Origin: Candidatus Sulfobium sp.
Lineage (GTDB): Bacteria; Nitrospirota; Thermodesulfovibrionia; Thermodesulfovibrionales; UBA6898
Direction of reading: 5' to 3'
NCBI GenBank assembly: GCA_037380845.1
Contig: JARRRI010000044.1
Span: 23,506-64,342, forward strand
DNA: 40,837 nt
Shown: positions 1-9,373 of the stretch, piece by piece
How positions within the stretch are numbered: position 1 is the first letter of the stretch
Layout: every line of letters begins with the position of its first letter
Made by a program: the position numbers and the translations under genes
Notes under the pieces: generated by a model
Told to the model about the DNA's origin: nothing
The model's input: the letters and a program-made list of their open reading frames with translations, nothing else
Databases searched by the model: none

Positions 1-8
1 GGAAGATA

Positions 9-632
9 TTGAGATACAGGGCCGGGCTTGTAAAAGGGGGGATGCCGTGCTTTTACAGGGCGGTCGAAAGGATCGGATATTTCTCCAACATAGACAGGAT
101 TACGGGGCTGTTGAACAAAAAGGCCCTCCTGAGCAACCTGGAGTGTGAGCTGACGATATCCCGGAAACAGCAGACCGACCTGTCGGTACTTCTCATCGAC
201 ATAGATCATTTCAAGAGAATAAATAACCTGCACGGGAGAGATGCCGGCGACCGGGTGCTTAACCATATGTCCCAGGTGATCAGGGATACGATAAGAAAGA
301 CCGATATCGCCGGTCGGTACGAAAGCGACAAGTTTCTGCTCATCCTGCAGGAGACGACATTTGCGGGCGCTGTAAAGCTCGCCGGAAAGATCTCTTCCAT
401 CGTGTCGAATATGGAGATCAGGACAGAGGGAAACCGTTCGGTAAGGCTCTCTCTCAGTTACGGAGCCGGCACCGCCGATTCTTTGACGGACACGGCTGGG
501 AAACTGATAGACAGCGCGGAAGAGAGCCTTGGAGTCGGGAATGAAATCAACGTCGGCCGGGTCCGCAAGTCCGAGAGTCTGCCTTATTCAGAGATGCTCA
601 CAAAACACCATTCGGCCAGGCCAGCCGAATAA
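9..632 (+). CDS. GGDEF-domain protein with degenerate active site (may be 5'-partial)
   Basis: DRITGLLN, LLIDIDHFKRIN, HGRDAGDRVL and RxxD I-site (RKTD) present; the GG(D/E)EF position reads ESDKF; the frame is open to the window edge. Confidence 0.8.
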   Translation: MRYRAGLVKGGMPCFYRAVERIGYFSNIDRITGLLNKKALLSNLECELTISRKQQTDLSVLLIDIDHFKRINNLHGRDAGDRVLNHMSQVIRDTIRKTDIAGRYESDKFLLILQETTFAGAVKLAGKISSIVSNMEIRTEGNRSVRLSLSYGAGTADSLTDTAGKLIDSAEESLGVGNEINVGRVRKSESLPYSEMLTKHHSARPAE

Positions 633-783
633 AAAAGCTGGCATCTGAAGCTGTCGTTGTCTGCCTGACCGCCTGTGCCCGTCCGCGCTTAAAGGGCCTT
701 TTCCTCATTGAATGAGTGTTGAAGGGGGGATGCCTGATTTTGTATATTATGAACTGTTCCGATTTTTGAGTGAGGGAGGTCCT

Positions 784-2244
784 ATGTACGCGGTAATACT
801 TGCCGGGGGCAGCGGCACGAGGTTCTGGCCGCTCAGCAGGGAGAAGACGCCGAAGCAGCTTCTCAGGGTTTTCGGCGAATCGACGATGATTCAACAGACG
901 GTCGAGAGGCTCCACGATTCCCTGCCGGTGGAAAACGTCTACATCGTAACAGGAGAGAAATACGCGTACGATATCAGGAACCAGCTGATGGAGGTCTGCG
1001 GCTCAGACAAATTCAGGATGATCATCGAACCGGTGGCCAGGAATACGGCTCCGGCCGTCGGTCTGGCGGCTGCCTATATCTCCAGGAAGTCTCCAAAAGC
1101 CGTAATGGCGGTGATGCCGTCTGACCATATTATACTGAAAGAGGCCAAATTCACGGAGGTCCTCAAGAAAGCCTCGGAGACTGCTTCGAAGGGATATCTG
1201 ACCACCATAGGCATAATACCGGACAGGGCTGAAACAGGATATGGGTACATAAAAAAGGGCAAAAGCCTTGGGGCCGGGGGCAAAGGGCGCGGGAAAGCCG
1301 GCGAAAAAAAGGCAGACCCGGACGGGGCGGCTTTTTCTGTCGAGCGCTTCGTGGAAAAGCCGGACCTTAAGAAGGCTTCCGAATACGTCAAATCCGGCGA
1401 TTATCTCTGGAACAGCGGCATTTTTGTCTGGAGGGTTTGCGATATTCTGGAAGAGATGAAAAAACAGCTGCCCGGCCTTTACGGCGGAATTATGAAAATA
1501 GGAATGGCTATCGGGAAAAAGAACGAGCAGGCTGTGCTGGAAGAGGTTTTTGCGAAGCTCGAACCGGTCTCGATAGATTACGGGATAATGGAGCACGCCG
1601 GAAAAGTGGCGGTCGTCCCGGCCGACATCAACTGGAGCGATGTGGGGAGCTGGCGGGCCCTCGACGATATAGCGAAGAAAGACGTATCCGGGAATATCAT
1701 CACGGGCAACGTCATCGACGTGGGCTCGAAGAATTCAATTATTTATGCGGGCAAGCGTCTGATCGCGACGGTCGGGCTGGACAACACGGTTGTAGTGGAC
1801 ACGCCGGATGCTACTCTGATATGCGACAAGGACAGGACCCAGGACGTACGCCAGGTCGTGGATGAGCTGAAGAAGAAGGGGGCCGAAGAACTTATAGAGC
1901 ACGTTACCGTCCACAGGCCCTGGGGTTCCTATATCCTGCTTGAGGCGGGCAGCAGGTACAAGATAAAGAGGATCGTCGTGAAGCCCGGCGCAAAACTGAG
2001 CCATCAGCTCCACCACCACAGGAGCGAGCACTGGGTCGTGGTTTCAGGCACGGCCAGGGTTACCGTAGGAGACAAGTCTTACCACGTCCACCCCAACGAA
2101 TCGACTTATGTGCCGATCTCGACAAAACACAGACTTGAAAACCCCGGCAAGGTGCCCCTCCATCTGATCGAGGTCCAGAACGGCGACTATATAGAAGAGG
2201 ACGACATAGTAAGGTTCGACGACGAATATGGGAGAGGACAGTAA
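784..2244 (+). CDS. manC: mannose-1-phosphate guanylyltransferase / mannose-6-phosphate isomerase
   Basis: MYAVILAGGSGTRFWPLSR, EPVARNTAPA, FVEKP, WNSGIF, WSDVGSW and C-terminal cupin (RPWG, HHHRSEHW); GGGAGG RBS before ATG 784. Confidence 0.95.
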   Translation: MYAVILAGGSGTRFWPLSREKTPKQLLRVFGESTMIQQTVERLHDSLPVENVYIVTGEKYAYDIRNQLMEVCGSDKFRMIIEPVARNTAPAVGLAAAYISRKSPKAVMAVMPSDHIILKEAKFTEVLKKASETASKGYLTTIGIIPDRAETGYGYIKKGKSLGAGGKGRGKAGEKKADPDGAAFSVERFVEKPDLKKASEYVKSGDYLWNSGIFVWRVCDILEEMKKQLPGLYGGIMKIGMAIGKKNEQAVLEEVFAKLEPVSIDYGIMEHAGKVAVVPADINWSDVGSWRALDDIAKKDVSGNIITGNVIDVGSKNSIIYAGKRLIATVGLDNTVVVDTPDATLICDKDRTQDVRQVVDELKKKGAEELIEHVTVHRPWGSYILLEAGSRYKIKRIVVKPGAKLSHQLHHHRSEHWVVVSGTARVTVGDKSYHVHPNESTYVPISTKHRLENPGKVPLHLIEVQNGDYIEEDDIVRFDDEYGRGQ

Positions 2245-2290
2245 GTAGCAAACAGTGAATAGTAAATAGTACACAAGTAAGCGGTGAAGG
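2241..2290 (+). repeat. degenerate heptamer tandem repeat (AGTRAAT-like) directly after the manC stop
   Basis: gtaagtagcaaacagtgaatagtaaatagtacacaagtaagcggtgaag; a partly complementary tract cttcttactg lies just before pgm (about 2491-2500). Confidence 0.45.
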
Positions 2291-2351
2291 GCGGGGTGGT
2301 CATAAGCCGGTACGTCCGTCCTTTATTTCCATGCATTCGAGTGCTTTTGGC

Positions 2352-2446
2352 CGTCATTCCCGCGAAGGCGGGAAACCAAGGTTTCTTTTGTCTTCTTGAA
2401 TAGACGAAGAGACAATGGATTCCCGACTACTACCTCGGGAATGACG
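2352..2446. repeat. REP/RPE-like double-hairpin element, copy 1
   Basis: cgtcattcccgcgaaggcgggaaacca ... tggattcccgactactacctcgggaatgacg. Confidence 0.9.
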
Positions 2447-2510
2447 ACAAATCCACTATTTTAGGCATCTTTCAGGCAAAGGACGGTTAACTTCTTACTG
2501 CATTTTAGAT

Positions 2511-3697
2511 ATGGTTGACGACGGGATTTTCAGACAATACGACATACGCGGGATCTGGGGGAAGGACCTGACCCCGGAGGTCGCGGAGCTGATAGGCAGG
2601 GCCTTCGGGACCTATGCGGTTCGTCTTTCAGGCAAGAAGAACCCGTCGCTGACCGTAGGCAGGGATGTGAGGCTGAGTTCCGGGAGGATAGCTGAGAGCC
2701 TCATGCGCGGAATAGCCTCCACGGGGGCCGGCGTTATCGACATAGGCGAATGTCCCACGCCCGTCCAGTATTTCTCGCTCTACCACCTTCAGGCCGACGG
2801 CGGTGTCATGATAACCGGCAGCCATAATCCCCCCGAGTACAACGGCTTCAAGATGAGTGTCGGAAGGGAGACCATTTACGGGGATGCCATCCAGGAGATA
2901 AAACGCATAATACTCGACGGTTCGTTCGCCGGGGGAGCGGCTGTCCAGACAAGGCTGCGGCCGGTCACGGAAGACTATACTGAATATCTGTCACGGAACG
3001 GTCGGGACCTCTCCGGTCTGAAGGTGGTCATGGATGCAGGGAACGGCACGGCCGGTCTTGTTGCTCCCGGGCTGGTAGAGGGACTCGGTGTAGAGGTGAC
3101 ACGGCTCTTCTGTGAGCCGGACGGCAGTTTCCCCAACCACCATCCAGACCCCGTCGTCGAGAAGAACCTCAGGTCCCTGATCGAGACCGTGAAGACCGTT
3201 GACGCCCATCTGGGCGTTGCTTATGACGGTGACTCCGACAGGCTGGGAGTGGTCGATTCAACGGGCGAAATAATATGGGGCGACCGTCTCATGATCATTT
3301 TTGCAAGGGATATCCTGAAGAACAACCCCGGCGCGAAAATCATAGGCGAGGTCAAGTGCTCGCAGGTCATGTATGACGATATTCAGAGGAACGGGGGGAG
3401 GGCCATAATGTGGAAAACGGGCCATTCCCTTATCAAGAATAAAATGAAAGAGGAGGAGGCCCTGCTTGCCGGGGAGATGAGCGGACACATCTTCTTCGCC
3501 GACCGGTACTTCGGGTATGACGACGCTATCTATGCGACATTGAGGCTCCTCGAAATTATAAAGAAGAGCGGGCCGCCCTATCGCATGGCGAGGCTGCTGG
3601 AAGGCCTGCCGGAGCGGAGAGCCCGGAAGCCCTGGGACGCATAAGGTCATTTGTGGAAGAAAAACTGTGGGGAATACTGAAGGCCCGTGCTGTCTGA
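2511..3697 (+). pseudogene. algC: phosphomannomutase/phosphoglucomutase (AlgC-like), interrupted near 3613 by an internal deletion plus frameshift (probably assembly)
   Basis: FRQYDIRG, TGSHNP, DGDSDR and GEMSGH motifs; the true C-terminus AESPEALGRIRSFVEEKLWGILKARAV* is in another frame at 3614-3697; most of domain IV is missing. Confidence 0.85.
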
Positions 3698-3786
3698 GCG
3701 TTGACGTTGTATTGGCACGTGTTGCGAAGGCTCTGTAGGCATTTTTTGTCATTCGGGGACAGGCTTCGCGGTATGAGAAAGGCTCG

Positions 3787-3919
3787 TTAACCGCAGACGA
3801 CCGGTCGGACAATAAGACAGACATGAAAACCATTAACTGCCAGGTTTTTCTTTCGGCCGACGTGGCCGAAAAAAAGGAACAGTCTTTGTCTGCGGTTGTT
3901 TGCGTTAGTCTGCGGTTAA
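3787..3919. repeat. inverted-repeat element with AACCGCAGA-type ends and an internal hairpin
   Basis: perfect 12-bp IR ttaaccgcagac (3787-3798) / gtctgcggttaa (3908-3919); right end iterated (gtctgcggtt gtttgcgtta gtctgcggtt); internal tttcggcc-gacgt-ggccgaaa. Confidence 0.7.
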
Positions 3920-3931
3920 ACCTTGTTTTAA

Positions 3932-5458
<1,527 letters not shown>

Positions 5459-5460
<2 letters not shown>

Positions 5461-5893
5461 ATACTTTTAAAAGCACCATGCCTGAAAGCGGATCCAGTTC
5501 TCTTTTTGCCGTTACCCCCTCTATTTCGGTGATAACCGCCTCCAGCACCAGGAAGGTCTCGGAGTTTTCTCTCAGGCATCCCACTTTCACCATGTCCTTC
5601 TTGCCGAACGCGGCGTGGCAATGTATCTTCGGCTCTTCGTCCTGCCAGAAGATGGTACCGAAGCCGACCACTTCATGGCTCTCCCCCAGTGATTTCCAGA
5701 CGGGAGCCGGAGGGAACTCGTCCTTGTCCGGACCGACTACCAGATCGCCTTCCCGCATGCCTCCCACAAGGTAAAAAACCGCAGCTTTGATGTCTTCCTT
5801 CCTTGCCAGGTCGGCAAGCCCTCCAAGCACGTCGTCCCTGTCTTCAAACCTCACAACAACGACCCTCCCGGGCCTTCCCACCTGATATTTCAT
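5459..5893 (-). CDS. PPC/DUF296-domain protein
   Basis: GRVVVVRFEDRDDVL, HEVVGFGTI, PKIHCHAAFG, FLVLEAVITE. Confidence 0.85.
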
Positions 5894-5993
5894 TTCGTCT
5901 CCTTTATAAAAATGCAGAGAATTTTTTCAAGGTTCACCGCAGCCCTTCAACTATTGGATTTACCGAATGTTTACTCCGGGTCAGATCCCTTTC

Positions 5994-6072
5994 CGTCATA
6001 CCCGAGGTTTTTAGTCGGGGTATCCATTCTGTCTGAAAGCCTGGATTCCCGATTACTGACTCGGGAATGACG
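5994..6072. repeat. REP/RPE-like double-hairpin element, copy 2
   Basis: cgtcatacccgaggtttttagtcggggtatcca ... tggattcccgattactgactcgggaatgacg. Confidence 0.9.
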
Positions 6073-6186
6073 AACTTGAAATGCCTCTTTATGCAACGGT
6101 TGAGTGAAATCTTTCTGTATCGATTTTTCGAAGAGTCCGCCTTCAATCTGTGCCCGTCTCGGATCAACAGGGTCCTTTTTCGTCTT

Positions 6187-6220
6187 TTACTTCTGCATTC
6201 TTAATTCTGACTTCTTACTT
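6187..6220 (-). repeat. orphan type-A heptamer arm just 3' of the ferredoxin stop
   Basis: ttacttctgcattc (6187-6200) is the reverse complement of gaatgcagaagtaa at 4959-4972; continues ttaattctgacttcttactt. Confidence 0.7.
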
Positions 6221-6225
6221 TATTG

Positions 6226-6420
6226 TCACTCGCCTTCCACCGTAATTGCATCCACCGGGCAGTTTTCTTCGGCGGCCTCGCAGCATCCCACGAACTCGCA
6301 GGCCTCGGCATCGATGACCTGGGCCTTGCCGATCACTTCGTCGAGATGGAAAACAGCCGGACAGATCTCTTCACAGGTGCCGCATGCGATGCACGTTTCC
6401 TGGTCGACTATGACTTTCAT
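6226..6420 (-). CDS. small single-cluster ferredoxin
   Basis: CIACGTCEEICP ... CCEAAEENCPVDAI, 64 aa, acidic. Confidence 0.9.
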   Translation of the reverse strand: MKVIVDQETCIACGTCEEICPAVFHLDEVIGKAQVIDAEACEFVGCCEAAEENCPVDAITVEGE

Positions 6421-7358
6421 TTTATCTCCTCGGTCAAGGCCGCGGCCAGAAGGGGGAACATGATCTCATGATGTCCGGTCAGGGCATAATGGCTGCCGTT
6501 CACAGAGGTCGGCCTTTTAAGGACATTTTCCCGCGGCCTGTAATGCTGGATAAAATCCATGTTCACGGTGGTTATGCTCTCGACTTTTCTGCCCAGATTC
6601 CTGGCGATATTCAGGGCCTTGAGAAAGACCTCGGGAAGGACTACCGCCGATCCGAGGTTTATGTATACCCCGCCTTCCAGGTCCGAGACGACCGAAGCGA
6701 ACAGTCTGAAGTCAGTCATGGTCGCCTTTCCGATTGCCCCACCGTCGGCCTGTGGGTGCATATGCACGATGTCAGTGCCTATCGCAATATGTACGGTTAT
6801 GGGGATATCCAGGGAGAAGGCGTTTGCGAAGAGGCTCTTTTCCCTGAAAGGGAATTTGCCTTTGTGAATGTATTCACCCACCGCCTTACCGGCGCCGTAT
6901 CCTTTCTTTACCCCTTTTTTTATGGCGGCATTTACTCCCTTCCCGGTCTCCTGGGCCATGCCGAAGGTGCCCGTACAAAGTTCCATGGCCACGTCTTCGG
7001 ATGTATGCCCCACGAGCGCCAGTTCGAAATCGTGGACCGCACAAGCGCCGTTTACGGCCACGGCCGTTATGACCTTCTTTTTCAGGAGATCTGTGATAAC
7101 CGGAGAAAGCCCGAGCTTCAGCGGGTGGGCACCCATGCCGAGAATGACCGGCCTGTCATCTCTTCTGGCTGAAGCTATTGCCTGGACGACCCTCCTGAAG
7201 TCCTTGACCGCCAGGACGTCGGGCAGTTTTCCCAGAAAATCGTGAAGTGTATCACCCCTGACCGGGGTCCGGGCAAGGGAATTTATTGACACCTTGCTTT
7301 TTCTGGCGCACAATGAATAAGATCTGGCTGATTTGAGAGACAGGGGCCTGTATTTCAT
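6417..7358 (-). CDS. deoxyhypusine-synthase-like conserved protein of unknown function
   Basis: VILGMGAHPLKLG, NGACAVHDFE, GTDIVHMHP, GSAVVLPEVFLKAL and GHHEIMFPLL resemble the DHS-like NAD-binding fold. Confidence 0.7.
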   Translation of the reverse strand: MKYRPLSLKSARSYSLCARKSKVSINSLARTPVRGDTLHDFLGKLPDVLAVKDFRRVVQAIASARRDDRPVILGMGAHPLKLGLSPVITDLLKKKVITAVAVNGACAVHDFELALVGHTSEDVAMELCTGTFGMAQETGKGVNAAIKKGVKKGYGAGKAVGEYIHKGKFPFREKSLFANAFSLDIPITVHIAIGTDIVHMHPQADGGAIGKATMTDFRLFASVVSDLEGGVYINLGSAVVLPEVFLKALNIARNLGRKVESITTVNMDFIQHYRPRENVLKRPTSVNGSHYALTGHHEIMFPLLAAALTEEIK

Positions 7359-7445
7359 GCGATCAATTTTACCACATCGCCGACTTGATTTAAAATGAGC
7401 GGTTATGGTAAAAAATAAGATTACTTTTTCAAGGAGGATCTGAAT

Positions 7446-7739
7446 TTGGCAGCTAAGGCACCGGTAAAGAAAAACCTTTCGGCTCTGAAAAGGGCAAGGC
7501 AGGCCGAAAAGCGGAATATGCGCAACAGGATTGAACGCACCAGAATCAGGAGCGCCGTCAAGGCTGTTGAATCAGCGGTGAATGAAAACAACAAGGAGGC
7601 CTCTCAGGCCGCTCTCCAAAAGGCTGTTAAAACGATAACCAGCTCTGTCCCGAAAGGCGTGCTGCACAGGAACAACGCTGCAAGGAAGGTTTCGAGGCTG
7701 GTAAAAAAGGTAAATTCCGTTACAGCCGGACCAGCCTAG
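7446..7739 (+). CDS. rpsT: 30S ribosomal protein S20
   Basis: SALKRARQAEKRNMRN...KGVLHRNNAARKVSRL; AAGGAGG RBS before a TTG start. Confidence 0.95.
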   Translation: MAAKAPVKKNLSALKRARQAEKRNMRNRIERTRIRSAVKAVESAVNENNKEASQAALQKAVKTITSSVPKGVLHRNNAARKVSRLVKKVNSVTAGPA

Positions 7740-8601
7740 CCAGCAAGAGCTCCACCGGATAGGAATCCCCCGAACTTTTTATAGCCACGTCCGCACTGTT
7801 GAGAATGCTGAAGACCCGATAAAGATATTCCCTGTCTTCAGGCTTGTTCTTGCCTGAAAGCAACCTGCTGTATTGCCAGTTTATTGCACCGAGGAGGGCG
7901 TAAGGCTCCTCGGTTTCCCTTAAGACCCTGTAAATCCGGAATACGCGGTCGGCGTCCCTGGATCTGATGGCGTTAACCAGGTCAAAGATGCCGTACTTCC
8001 GTTTCCCCTCTATTATCTCGGCGATATCCTTCCTGTCTATAACCGCCTTTCCTATAAGTGTGCACTTTTCGATTTCGGAAGAGAGCAGCCCCAGGTCCGG
8101 GCCTATGGTGCCGATCAGGTAATCGACGGCCGCATCGGGCATTTCCAGACCCTTCGATTTCGCCTTCGCCTTCAGCCAGGACGGAAGTTCTTTTGCGCCG
8201 ACATCCAGAACGATCTGTTTGACGCCTGGCTCCCTGAAGTCTTTCTTGACCGGACCTGCATGGAGCATTACCAGCACCGAACCCTCGGAAGGCCCGGCGA
8301 AATATGGACGCAGCTTCAGGATGTCTTTTTTCAGGAGCTTATGGATGTTCTCGATCACCACGAATTTTCTGCCCGAAAAGAAAGGCACGGTATTGAGGAC
8401 ATCGAGTATCTGGTCGAAGGTTACAGAGTTCAGGTTAAGGACATCGAATACCTCGAAACTGAATTCCCTTTCGCCGGCGGGGACCAGCCCCTTTAAAAGT
8501 GAAACCGCCTCGGAATGGAGGAAAGGGTCCGCTGACGAAAGGATATAAAGGGGTGAGGGCATCCCTTTCTTCAGTTCATCGAGGAAATTTCGATAGCTCA
8601 T
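7720..8601 (-). CDS. holA: DNA polymerase III delta subunit
   Basis: TVPFFSGRKFVVI, GPDLGLLSSEIEK, IFDLVNAI; leuS-lptE-holA synteny convergent with rpsT. Confidence 0.9.
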   Translation of the reverse strand: MSYRNFLDELKKGMPSPLYILSSADPFLHSEAVSLLKGLVPAGEREFSFEVFDVLNLNSVTFDQILDVLNTVPFFSGRKFVVIENIHKLLKKDILKLRPYFAGPSEGSVLVMLHAGPVKKDFREPGVKQIVLDVGAKELPSWLKAKAKSKGLEMPDAAVDYLIGTIGPDLGLLSSEIEKCTLIGKAVIDRKDIAEIIEGKRKYGIFDLVNAIRSRDADRVFRIYRVLRETEEPYALLGAINWQYSRLLSGKNKPEDREYLYRVFSILNSADVAIKSSGDSYPVELLLARLVRL

Positions 8602-9140
8602 TTGTAAATCAACATCCCGACCAGCTCCTGCGACAGGTCCCTCATCGCCCTCTCTTCAGCCAGGTCCCTGGCCGCGAGAAGGCTTGTGAGTTCGCCCGGC
8701 CCTGTGAAAGAAACAATGAAGGGGGAGCTGACATGTCTGGTTTCCAGGACCTTGCCCCCGGCGTCCGTTATGGTGAAATCGGCGTCCACTATCACCCTGT
8801 ACTCCAGGGTTACCTCTTCCTTCTCCGACAGGCTTATCATATCGAATCTGCTGACCCTGCCGGTGAGCTTTAATTTCGCGTCCGGTGTGACCACGATTCC
8901 CTGCCTGGTAAATTCCTCTGTAAGTGCGTTGGAGAGCTTGTCCTGAAGCTTGGGTTCCAGGGTGGCGTTATCGATCCGGCCGACGTTTATCTTCCCGAAG
9001 GGCAGAGAAGCGTGCCTGTGAACGCTGTAGCCGCAGCCGCCCAGCAAAAAAATAATGATAATCCCTAACGCCGCAGAAATCGCGGAAGGGACACCGAAAA
9101 ATTCTTGTGATGACGACATGATTTTATTTATCTTCCACAT
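8598..9140 (-). CDS. lptE: LPS assembly lipoprotein LptE (start uncertain)
   Basis: hydrophobic stretch plus lipobox LGGC-GY, NATLEPKL; between leuS and holA. Confidence 0.8.
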   Translation of the reverse strand: MWKINKIMSSSQEFFGVPSAISAALGIIIIFLLGGCGYSVHRHASLPFGKINVGRIDNATLEPKLQDKLSNALTEEFTRQGIVVTPDAKLKLTGRVSRFDMISLSEKEEVTLEYRVIVDADFTITDAGGKVLETRHVSSPFIVSFTGPGELTSLLAARDLAEERAMRDLSQELVGMLIYK

Positions 9141-9183
9141 AAATGAGGACCCAACATTTTGCGACTCGAAAATCCTTGTGTGC

Positions 9184-9335
9184 CGTCATTCCCGAGGTAG
9201 TAGTCGGGAATCCATTTCTTTCAAGTATTTGCCCCTGCTGCATAACTGATGACCTATGACTCATCACGCAATCTCACCAGCACAGCATTCAATAGCTGTA
9301 TTTTACCTTGGATACCCGCCTTCGCGGGTATGACG
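9184..9335. repeat. REP/RPE-like double-hairpin element, copy 3 (long spacer)
   Basis: cgtcattcccgaggtagtagtcgggaatcca ... tggatacccgccttcgcgggtatgacg. Confidence 0.9.
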
Positions 9336-9373
9336 AACCTTTACGAATCTGTCCCTGTTCATTAACGACCTTC

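Noticed and set aside
1255..1335. Gly/Lys-rich insertion in ManC as a mobile or intein-like insert
   Set aside because: About 20 aa, in frame, in a loop expected to vary; no splicing motifs or repeat match
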